Both the position numbers and the translations under genes were made by a program. Shown here piece after piece: positions 7,825-15,780 of a stretch of DNA of 36,623 nt. The stretch lies in the IMG/VR virus record IMGVR_UViG_3300025849_000002, one strand, 5' to 3'. How positions within the stretch are numbered: position 1 is the stretch's first letter; the number at the start of each line of letters is the position of its first letter. Below the pieces are notes generated by a model. That model saw only the letters and a program-made list of their open reading frames with translations, was not told the origin of the DNA and ran no database searches. The stretch comes from a virus.

Positions 7825-8524
7825 CAAAGACATAAGGATTAGTCGTGGTAGGAAAATTTTGGCGATATCGGATATCCACGTACCCTACCACGATAAGAGG
7901 GCCTTAGCTGAAGCCATGAAGTTAGGACGAGAAGCGGGTTGCAGTACCGTTATAGTCCTCGGTGACCTGTGTGACTTTCATAAGGTTAGCAAGTACAGGC
8001 ATGACGCAACCGCTTTGGAAATTGACGAAGAGATTGCTCAGGCTGAAAGGGTACTCTTTGAGCTAGCAGATAAGTTCCCTCACCGATATTTTGTACCGGG
8101 CAATCATGAGGACAGGCTTAAGGCGTACATCCTAGATAATGCCCCAAGCTTGCAGCACCTCGAGCAACTAGAGCTAGACAAACTGCTTAAGCTAGAGGAG
8201 CATGGCTTTAAGTATGTACCAGGTGGCTTTATCCACTGTGGTGACATGACTTTCCTGCACGGTCACGAGATTAGGATCAGCGGAATGGACCCTGCGCGAA
8301 AGTTGTTTATGAAGATGAAGAAAAGTGCCATATGCGGGCATCTGCATAGACCAGATAGTCACTACACACGCGACGGGGCTGGTAACTTGCTACAGTGTCA
8401 TGTACTTGGTCACTTAGGAGAGAAAAGCCCTGCATTTATGCCACGAAACGACTGGCAGCATGGGTTTGCAATTGTAAGTGTACCAAAATCAGGCAACGCA
8501 AAAGTTGAAACCCACATATTATGA
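7817..8524 (+). CDS. calcineurin-like metallophosphoesterase
   Basis: Metal-ligand motifs in canonical order: SDIHVPYHD, LGDLCD, GNHEDR, HGHE, GHLH. Confidence 0.75.
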   Translation: MHSKDIRISRGRKILAISDIHVPYHDKRALAEAMKLGREAGCSTVIVLGDLCDFHKVSKYRHDATALEIDEEIAQAERVLFELADKFPHRYFVPGNHEDRLKAYILDNAPSLQHLEQLELDKLLKLEEHGFKYVPGGFIHCGDMTFLHGHEIRISGMDPARKLFMKMKKSAICGHLHRPDSHYTRDGAGNLLQCHVLGHLGEKSPAFMPRNDWQHGFAIVSVPKSGNAKVETHIL

Positions 8525-8622
8525 ATTTACATCACGTACTCTCAGAAGCAGTTGGATTCCATTAATTTTTGATTACATTAGCTCTGCCGTAGGCAAGTGC
8601 GGCGTAGCAATTGGTTAAGTTG

Positions 8623-8655
8623 AGAGCCCCTAGAAAAGTCTGGGGGCTCTATTTT
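8623..8655 (+). terminator. intrinsic terminator closing the + strand block
   Basis: AGAGCCCC (8623-8630) pairs with GGGGCTCT (8643-8650) around a 12-nt loop, followed by ATTTT. Confidence 0.55.
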
Positions 8656-8700
8656 GGAGAGAACGGTTTAGTCACTGGGGTTCGATTCCCCCCTCTCCAC
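8655..8700 (+). ncRNA. tRNA-like acceptor/T-arm minihelix (no D or anticodon arm)
   Basis: TGGAGAG (8655-8661) pairs perfectly with CTCTCCA (8693-8699). In between are a 14-nt linker and a T-arm-like hairpin GGGG-TTCGATT-CCCC whose 3' strand abuts the acceptor 3' strand. Confidence 0.4.
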
Positions 8701-8814
8701 ATTTGGTTGTCATGTTCTAGACGTGACGTTTTTGGAAGAGATATGGTAGAATGGTGTGCAGGGAGAACCTGCAACAGGTAGTTCATAGTTATGCCTTTTG
8801 AAACACTACCTATC

Positions 8815-9225
8815 TCAACCAAAGTATTCATCAATAACCTGCATGCATGATGCCAGGCCGTAACAAATCTCGGCTCGCCAACCATTAGAGTTGAGCCTCT
8901 TAATCCAATCCTTTTGGTAAGTAGATGGGCGGCCCTTTTCGGTCTTTACCTCAATGGCTAAACCGGAATACATTCCCCTTGGTTCAAAGATGAGTAGATC
9001 CGGGATACCCCTCTTGTACCCAGCTTGCTTCATCTTCTTTGCTGTATGCATGGCAAGCCTTACTCCTCCGACCGTCGCCGAGAAGAGCGGGCTTTGCGGA
9101 TGCGCTTCAAGATAGCGCGTAAGAGCCACTTGAATATCGTGCTCAGGACTACGGTTTTTACGTCCCGTTTTGGACGGCGTGACTTGAAAATTCCCATTAC
9201 TCATAATACCAGTCGCAAACATCAA
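8815..9225 (-). CDS. VRR-NUC domain nuclease
   Basis: PD-(D/E)xK signature GIPDLLIF ... LAIEVK. Size and layout are typical of VRR-NUC. Confidence 0.7.
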   Translation of the reverse strand: MMFATGIMSNGNFQVTPSKTGRKNRSPEHDIQVALTRYLEAHPQSPLFSATVGGVRLAMHTAKKMKQAGYKRGIPDLLIFEPRGMYSGLAIEVKTEKGRPSTYQKDWIKRLNSNGWRAEICYGLASCMQVIDEYFG

Positions 9226-9613
9226 AACATGGGCAGTCCTTTTTCACTTTAGGGAAGTCGTTGTGTCCCATAAGAACAGCATCGGGGAATGCACCAAGCA
9301 TTCGGTCTATTAAGGCCCGCATCGCAGCCTTCTGCTCTTCAGTGCGGTTGTCCTCGGGTGCTTTAGTCTCTTCGTTGGCCCCACCAACCCAGCAGATTCC
9401 AATACTGTGGTTGTTAAAGCCCCTGACGTGGGCTCCAATACGAGTAATGTCCCTGCCTTCCTCTACAGTTCCATCTCTTCGGACTACAAAATGATACCCT
9501 ACGTCTGACCATGAATTGTATGTGGTATGCCACCTGCGAATTTCTTTGACACCAATGTCCATAGACGGCATCGTGTCTGCGCAGTGAACCACTACGTAGT
9601 CAATCCTTCTCAT
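9197..9613 (-). CDS. N-acetylmuramoyl-L-alanine amidase (Amidase_2/PGRP-type endolysin)
   Basis: VVHCADT, GYHFVVRRDG, GAHVRGFNNHSIGICWVGG. Adjacent to the holin candidate. Confidence 0.85.
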   Translation of the reverse strand: MRRIDYVVVHCADTMPSMDIGVKEIRRWHTTYNSWSDVGYHFVVRRDGTVEEGRDITRIGAHVRGFNNHSIGICWVGGANEETKAPEDNRTEEQKAAMRALIDRMLGAFPDAVLMGHNDFPKVKKDCPCFDVCDWYYE

Positions 9614-9782
9614 TGTTTTTCATTCGATTCTTTCGAGCAGCTACAGCCCTCTCCACATTGAACCATATCAGAGTTCCCACACCGAGTGCTTCTAGACCGA
9701 AGCTGACCACATCCTGTGTGGCAATTGTCAGCCAAGCGACATTGGCAATGTTGAGTAGCTTCCATTTCATCTCCTCGATCAT
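9600..9782 (-). CDS. holin candidate (60 aa)
   Basis: Two hydrophobic segments followed by a charged C-terminus (RKNRMKNNEKD). Overlaps the start of the endolysin gene. Confidence 0.5.
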   Translation of the reverse strand: MIEEMKWKLLNIANVAWLTIATQDVVSFGLEALGVGTLIWFNVERAVAARKNRMKNNEKD

Positions 9783-9840
9783 TATGTAAAAGTATTCCTA
9801 CTTCCGCGTGTTGTAGTAAACCATACACAGTGGTATGCAA

Positions 9841-10131
9841 TCAAATTCTGCGCTGTGAGTTTGCCTTAATACCGTATTCACCAGGGGCCAAGGTGTAGGT
9901 GATTGTTCCGCCGTTAAGCATATCGAGATAGGTGAAATCAGTAGGCTCTGATACTGTCAGTGAAGTGTAGGTTGCCACGTAAGTGCCGTCATCGTTCTGA
10001 AAACACTCAGAAATTTCAACCTGGTCATACCTGAACCCAAAGTTTGGGCACCGCTCATCCTGCCAATTTTCATCTAATTCTTCTTGACCAGAGATTATAA
10101 TAGAGTAGCTATTCATATTAATATTTTGCAA
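9841..10131 (-). CDS. hypothetical tail-module protein (96 aa)
   Basis: ORF overlaps the end of the RCC1-like gene by 14 nt. No motif recognised. Confidence 0.5.
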   Translation of the reverse strand: MQNINMNSYSIIISGQEELDENWQDERCPNFGFRYDQVEISECFQNDDGTYVATYTSLTVSEPTDFTYLDMLNGGTITYTLAPGEYGIKANSQRRI

Positions 10132-11446
10132 TAAGGGTCATTTGAAGAGAAGAGACTTTGTTGCAGACATAGACCCATACGTTTCCTGCTGCCAAGTCTT
10201 GTGGCTTTATTTCTGTCCAGATTCTAGCCACAGTTCCTTGATTTAATACTCTACCATATTGAGCATAACCGGTTAGATAGAGGCGATTACCCTTTTGCGC
10301 TACCGCTGAGTATAGAGTTTGATTGAGCCCTCCATCTTCCATAGTGACCCGCACCCAGTCTGTGTCTGTGCCAATCTGCACATGACTTCCATTCTTCGCA
10401 TCGGTATTAGTGTTGTCGCCGCGCAAAAAATATTGCCCCTCGCCTGCGAAATACAGTTCGCCACTTGTGTTAATTAGGTAGCTATTAGTTCTACTTAAAG
10501 CAGCGCTCTGCCAATCAGTTTGTAATACACCCCCAACATATCCGATAGCCTGTGGCACTGTTTTGTCTGAAGAGTTGTTTAGACCAAACCTCTCATTACT
10601 ATCATCATCACCCCAACCAAACGCTTCGCCGTTACTGCGAATAGCAATGCATCCATCGTAATCAACATGCACAAAGCTAAAGTTAGAGTTCGTCATGTTG
10701 GTGCTAGGTAAAAGAGTCCAGGTTGTGGTGTTTCCGCTATTGGTTCCTTGACCAGTCTGATACAAGTAATTCCTGCCGCAACTAAAAATTTGATTACCGC
10801 TACCTTTAATCCCCACACTATAGAAGCGGGATTTATGTACCGCAACCCAATCCGAATCAGTTCCTACTTGAGTATAGCTACCGTAACTAGAGGTTTGATT
10901 GCCCGTGCCTGCCTGCCCGTAACTATTAGCACCTAGGTAATACAGCTTGCCGCTATTGATACCCATGGTTCCGTCATACCCCACTGATATGTCGGTCCAC
11001 CCGGTATCAGAATCCCCAACGCCAGTTACCTGCTGGAATGTGGTGGTAGCGTTTCCATCTAAAAAAGAACTGGAATACCCCAGCTCCCATAGCTGTCCGC
11101 TAGCTGTAATTCCGCAAGCGGAATACCTCCCGTAACTAATTTTAATGAAGTCAGACTTACTCTCAGCAGCTATCAGCTGTTCAGCATTAACGTCGCTAGA
11201 GAAGTTGACTACAGGTGTGCTACCATGCTCAAACCTAGGGAGGGTTTCATTACTAATAACGCTACTACTGAGGCTCATGCCACCCATTTTTAATAGCCCT
11301 GATGTGGGTATGGTTTCAGTGTATGTACCAGTACCTGCAACCGGGTCATAGGCCCCGCCGCCACCACCTCCGGACGGAACGTCCTGCCCGTTTATGCTAG
11401 CAATGTCTCCCATTTCAATTCCGTTATATTTAGTGGTGTCCGGCAT
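10118..11446 (-). CDS. RCC1-like beta-propeller repeat protein (putative receptor-binding/tail fibre component)
   Basis: About 7 repeats of roughly 50 aa, of the type G-x-L/I-Y/F-x-x-G-x-N-x-x-GQ-x-G-x-G (GKLYYLGANSYGQAGTGN, NYLYQTGQGTNSG, GEAFGWGDDDSNERFGLNN, GELYFAGEGQYFLRGDN, NRLYLTGYAQYGRVLNQG). TAATG coupling to the 1,444-aa tail protein. Confidence 0.6.
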   Translation of the reverse strand: MPDTTKYNGIEMGDIASINGQDVPSGGGGGGAYDPVAGTGTYTETIPTSGLLKMGGMSLSSSVISNETLPRFEHGSTPVVNFSSDVNAEQLIAAESKSDFIKISYGRYSACGITASGQLWELGYSSSFLDGNATTTFQQVTGVGDSDTGWTDISVGYDGTMGINSGKLYYLGANSYGQAGTGNQTSSYGSYTQVGTDSDWVAVHKSRFYSVGIKGSGNQIFSCGRNYLYQTGQGTNSGNTTTWTLLPSTNMTNSNFSFVHVDYDGCIAIRSNGEAFGWGDDDSNERFGLNNSSDKTVPQAIGYVGGVLQTDWQSAALSRTNSYLINTSGELYFAGEGQYFLRGDNTNTDAKNGSHVQIGTDTDWVRVTMEDGGLNQTLYSAVAQKGNRLYLTGYAQYGRVLNQGTVARIWTEIKPQDLAAGNVWVYVCNKVSSLQMTLIAKY

Positions 11447-14400
11447 TATCCAAGCTCAATAAAGTCGGGTGACGGATCGAGGTAAATAAGCTGTGTGCTA
11501 AGGGAGTATCCTACCGCCCTAACAAAGTCACCTGTCGTATGAGACGATAGGTCATCGGTAAGTTCACCCGCAGTTAGACTGATATAGAGCGGCGCACCTA
11601 CGGTAAAGCTGTTTGAGAACGACCTTATCCCCCGCACAAGCAATCCATCTGTTGTTGGGCTAGTCCCTAGAGCCATACCAAACAGCCCCTTGGTTTGTAT
11701 TTCAGCATCGGCATCGGCTTCCTCCCAAAGACCAGTACCGCTATTATCTCTTAATACATAGACCTTTCCTGCAGTGAGAGTTCCTGTACCAAACTTAACT
11801 ACCTGACCTTCATGCGCTCCAGAGACATACGCAGCCGTTCGAGTCTTTACCTCAAGATAAACGCCGTCTAGTTCATTAGCTGAAGTGATAAAGCCTAGGT
11901 CATTAGTCAAATCAGATGTGGCAGAAGGTATAGCGGTATTACCTTCTAGTGCAGTGCCTGATGTTGTGCCAAAACCAGGGAAGGAAACCTTAGCAGTGTT
12001 AGCCGATACGTCAGTGGCAATGTCTATGCCGTCTACTGTTCCGGTTAAAGTAATATTACCAGTTACACTGAAATTACCAAAGACTGCCGTGTTGCCCTGA
12101 AATAGAACAATTAGAGCTTGGAAAGTAGTGGCTGCTGAAGTGGTTAAGGAAAAAGAAGCTAATGAATCATTAAAGGCATCTGTTGCGCTAGACGCTGCTA
12201 AGTCAGCAAGACCGATATCTGCCGCGCTAGCGACAACTTGGAAGTTGTTGAACTCCGCATTAAACTCTAGCTGTCCATCGGTTTCGGTAGCACCCTGTGT
12301 CCAAGTAAATGCCGTCGTCACTTCGTAGAAACCATCGCTTGCAACAGTACCCTTACAGGCAAACCTATCGCCCACAGCCATTGAGATTGTGCCGCTACCA
12401 ATGCCTGTACCGCCACTAGCGCCATCCAACAATACGCCGTGATACTTAGTCAGCCCGCTAAGTTTAGCGCGTTCAGCGGCAGTAATAGTTGTTGGAGGGT
12501 TGTCTAAGTCGCCGTAATCAATGCCCGAGGTTCCGGCAGTAAATGTGACGGTGCTACTCGCGTTAGTAAAGTTCCAATCCCTCCCATGGTTGACAAGGCT
12601 GTTAATAGTCGTGGTAGGCAGGGGACTAGAGCTACTTCCTGCAACGCTAATTGCCGTGGTCTGCACCTCGCTACCAGCTGTTCCGCTTTGTACGTTAATG
12701 TCAACTTGACCAGGGCTTGTTTCGCTTAGGTCAATGTTGGTACGCGCACCCGCTTGCAGCTTGCCCGTTGTACCAGTTACAGAGACATGGCTTTCGTCAG
12801 TCGCGCTAGTATTTATGTAGACCCCTGCGCCATCGCTAGTGGTGCTATTCTTAAACACGGCTAGTATATCACTGACGCTTGCGCTCGTGCTAGCAATATC
12901 ATTGATTTGCCCCTGAGTTACAAACTTGTGGGCAGCGGTAGAATCGTCTACTTCATCGGAGCTTAGTGGTTCAGAACTAGCGTCAACATCAAAGTCTGCA
13001 ATCTGATCACCATTAGCGTTCATGGTAATCGCGTCAAGCTTTAGCTGATCACTAGCACTAACACTTCCACCGCCTCCGGTAAACCCCGTGATTGTGTCAA
13101 CGCCAGTTCCAGCAGCGTTGACGTTTATGAAATCTAGCTTTGTTACCTGCTCAGGCTTTAATGACCGGCCCAAGAACCTTTCTTCGCCAAATATCCTTTG
13201 GGACCGTACAACCCCACCAGGCACCGGGGGTATACCTCCTCCGTCAAGATTCAGGCCCTTGTTGCCAGTGGTGTTTAGCTCAGTGATTACCCTTGGGTCA
13301 TGCTCAAGCTCTACGCCTGTCATATTGATAATGCCTGACTCCAAATCAATGTCAACCCGCTGCACAATAAGGCGCATACTCTCACGAGTAAAGTCAAAGA
13401 TGTTACGAGGGCTAATGACTCGATTTCTAGAGCTTCCTGGCCTAGGCTTCAGGATTAAATCAAACTGACGCCTTGCTTCACCATAGTAGCTCATCCCTAC
13501 ATTGGCGGCTACCTGTAAAATACCCTTGTTTGCAGCTTGAGTTTCATGTAAAGAATCCCATTGACTAGAATAGCTGCCTGTAGGCCACTCATTGGTGTTG
13601 GGATCGTATACGCCCACATGAAGGTAGCCAAGCGCACCAAAGAGCTCATTGTACCTGCTGCCCAAAAGAGTTGTTCCAAGTAGCAGGGATTCAGAGCCAT
13701 TTGGGTCGTCATCCTGTGAGCTGAACATCGTGTCTTCAGAACGACTTGCATCACCAAGATAGAATTCAAAGTCAGTCCAAGTAGGTGGGTCAATAAGAAC
13801 ATTACCTAACCAACTATAGTTGCTAGATGGGTTAGGCCAGGCCGATACATCAGTATCGTACAGGATAAACCCTTCAGCAGTATACCCCTTTACGGAACAG
13901 TCGATAGTAATACCCACTTGATCTCCTGCGACATCAGGTAGCGCAGGGATTTGCAGGTCTATGTCTGTAGATATAACGGGGTTAGGGTAGTCGTTGCCAG
14001 CTAATCCAATTGGATTGCTTTCTAGCCAGTCAATCAAAATACCGTTTGAACTTTCTCCCATCCACTCTTGATGGGATTCGTTGTTGTAAATGGTTTTGTT
14101 TACGCTGTCAGGCTGTCTCTTTAGAAACAACCCTACAGGGTACGTAGTTACTTCTCCGTTCTCGTCATCATACTCAATAGTCTCTACGGCAGGTTGCGTA
14201 AATTCAGGGTGCAAGACCATGAATTCAAACCGGTCAGCGGAATTAGTGGTCCATTCGGCGTCACTGTGCTGTATGGGATAGTAAAACCTGTTTGTATAAC
14301 TATTAGCACCTACCGCCAAATAAGGGATTTGAATCTCACCCCAATCAGTCTCGTCAGTAAAATCACTAGCGCTCAGTTGAGTGGCGGTCTGTTTTAAATA

Positions 14401-15780
14401 GTAGGAGCCAACCTGAATCTGCATGCTGCAAATTATTTTGGCGCCAATCATTTCGTCAGCCCTACTCACCGGATCACCAATCACATTTAGGCTGTCGTTC
14501 TTTGGGCTCCTTACCCGCATACGGAAAATTCCACGTATACGGAAACCAGTGCCCTGTGGTATTTCTATCTCGGCGTTATTCTTTGGGAAGTCACCTAGCC
14601 GAGCGCCTTCTTGGTCTCCTTGAAAGTCACCAAGGTTTGGGCGCGGAATGCCTGTAATAACCGGGTCACGAAAGTTGGCGTCAATTACGTGGGTTTGTGC
14701 CCGAGGAAACACCCTTGTGCTACCGCCATTGCGATGCACATACGTCACCGTAGAAGCTGGCGGAAGAACAGACTCCTTGCTGCCGACTAATATGTCGTAG
14801 TTTGAGTCAGAGTCAATGTAACTGCCCTGATTAATTTCCGTAGGGCCGTAGTTGCTCGTGATACCCGGACTAGAAAGATTATTTTTACTAAGACCGTATT
14901 GATACTTCCCGTAGAACTCAGGGTCTGCTAAGTAGGGCAGTGCACTGACGCAGTAAAACCTACCTTCACTCATTGACATAGTCAATTGGAAAGCAATCAT
15001 AATATCCTTTAGGACATCTAGACAACTTAGGGTCTTTCTCTTTACTAGAAAGAGGTTCTCAAAAATGTTAGGTCTTTCGGCTTCAGTTAAAAACGTACCG
15101 CTATTGCATCCAGTTCTTGACAATGGTCCTACATCGTATCCAACTTGATTGGCATTGATGTCATGATTGTCATGATAGATATCGGTAATGTAAGAGAACA
15201 CCACATCAGGTGTACCAAACAACGGCAGTGTGGGCAGGTACTGAAAGCACCGAGCCATATGCGTTTGCAGCGTAGCATGGTCATCATATTGAGCTCCATT
15301 AGGAGCACGGTATGACTGTTCAGCGAGCAGACTTAAACCATCGACGGCTGTAAAAGAAACCGCATATGGGTCAATGCCGTAATCGACCTGAACAGACTGT
15401 GGCGCAACCACGCCTCTCCATTCAACTATCTCATTTAGATAGGTTACACCACCGAGCTCTACTTCATCAATAAAACCATACGTAACACCGATATTGAACT
15501 CGGTAGTTTCGCGTATAGCCTCTAGTATTTTGGCTTGATCATCGTTCTGAATAATCAGGTTTACCTTTAAGCTGCTAGACTTAATTGGGTCAAACACATT
15601 GTCAGTCCTGCCTTCGTACTGGAGGTTTAACCCACCACTAGCAATGGTTAACTGCTTCGGATCATTAGAAGAAAACCCCCATCCAAAAGCAGTGTTCTCT
15701 AGGTCATATACATAAAGGAACCTTTGGAACTCCCGATTAGGCTGCTTCCACTTTGCGTAATACCTTTTTGTTACTGCCAT
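11446..15780 (-). CDS. large multidomain distal-tail/baseplate/fibre protein (1,444 aa)
   Basis: Immediately downstream of the tape measure gene (TAATG). Its size and position are those of Dit/Tal fusions. Gly/Thr/Ser-rich fibre-like C-terminal third. Confidence 0.75.
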   Translation of the reverse strand: MAVTKRYYAKWKQPNREFQRFLYVYDLENTAFGWGFSSNDPKQLTIASGGLNLQYEGRTDNVFDPIKSSSLKVNLIIQNDDQAKILEAIRETTEFNIGVTYGFIDEVELGGVTYLNEIVEWRGVVAPQSVQVDYGIDPYAVSFTAVDGLSLLAEQSYRAPNGAQYDDHATLQTHMARCFQYLPTLPLFGTPDVVFSYITDIYHDNHDINANQVGYDVGPLSRTGCNSGTFLTEAERPNIFENLFLVKRKTLSCLDVLKDIMIAFQLTMSMSEGRFYCVSALPYLADPEFYGKYQYGLSKNNLSSPGITSNYGPTEINQGSYIDSDSNYDILVGSKESVLPPASTVTYVHRNGGSTRVFPRAQTHVIDANFRDPVITGIPRPNLGDFQGDQEGARLGDFPKNNAEIEIPQGTGFRIRGIFRMRVRSPKNDSLNVIGDPVSRADEMIGAKIICSMQIQVGSYYLKQTATQLSASDFTDETDWGEIQIPYLAVGANSYTNRFYYPIQHSDAEWTTNSADRFEFMVLHPEFTQPAVETIEYDDENGEVTTYPVGLFLKRQPDSVNKTIYNNESHQEWMGESSNGILIDWLESNPIGLAGNDYPNPVISTDIDLQIPALPDVAGDQVGITIDCSVKGYTAEGFILYDTDVSAWPNPSSNYSWLGNVLIDPPTWTDFEFYLGDASRSEDTMFSSQDDDPNGSESLLLGTTLLGSRYNELFGALGYLHVGVYDPNTNEWPTGSYSSQWDSLHETQAANKGILQVAANVGMSYYGEARRQFDLILKPRPGSSRNRVISPRNIFDFTRESMRLIVQRVDIDLESGIINMTGVELEHDPRVITELNTTGNKGLNLDGGGIPPVPGGVVRSQRIFGEERFLGRSLKPEQVTKLDFINVNAAGTGVDTITGFTGGGGSVSASDQLKLDAITMNANGDQIADFDVDASSEPLSSDEVDDSTAAHKFVTQGQINDIASTSASVSDILAVFKNSTTSDGAGVYINTSATDESHVSVTGTTGKLQAGARTNIDLSETSPGQVDINVQSGTAGSEVQTTAISVAGSSSSPLPTTTINSLVNHGRDWNFTNASSTVTFTAGTSGIDYGDLDNPPTTITAAERAKLSGLTKYHGVLLDGASGGTGIGSGTISMAVGDRFACKGTVASDGFYEVTTAFTWTQGATETDGQLEFNAEFNNFQVVASAADIGLADLAASSATDAFNDSLASFSLTTSAATTFQALIVLFQGNTAVFGNFSVTGNITLTGTVDGIDIATDVSANTAKVSFPGFGTTSGTALEGNTAIPSATSDLTNDLGFITSANELDGVYLEVKTRTAAYVSGAHEGQVVKFGTGTLTAGKVYVLRDNSGTGLWEEADADAEIQTKGLFGMALGTSPTTDGLLVRGIRSFSNSFTVGAPLYISLTAGELTDDLSSHTTGDFVRAVGYSLSTQLIYLDPSPDFIELG

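Noticed and set aside
8581-8700. Complete tRNA or tmRNA gene in the convergent gap
   Set aside because: No segment provides D and anticodon arms or a second acceptor partner. Only an acceptor plus T-arm minihelix can be drawn.
8655-8700. attP core of a temperate phage
   Set aside because: I found no integrase, excisionase or repressor, and the element includes the complementary 5' acceptor strand, which an att fragment does not need. The idea is kept only as a minor alternative.
9790-9805. TATTCCTAC half-site between the holin gene and the upstream gene
   Set aside because: A single 7-8-nt half-site is expected by chance in 36 kb, and there is no palindromic partner.
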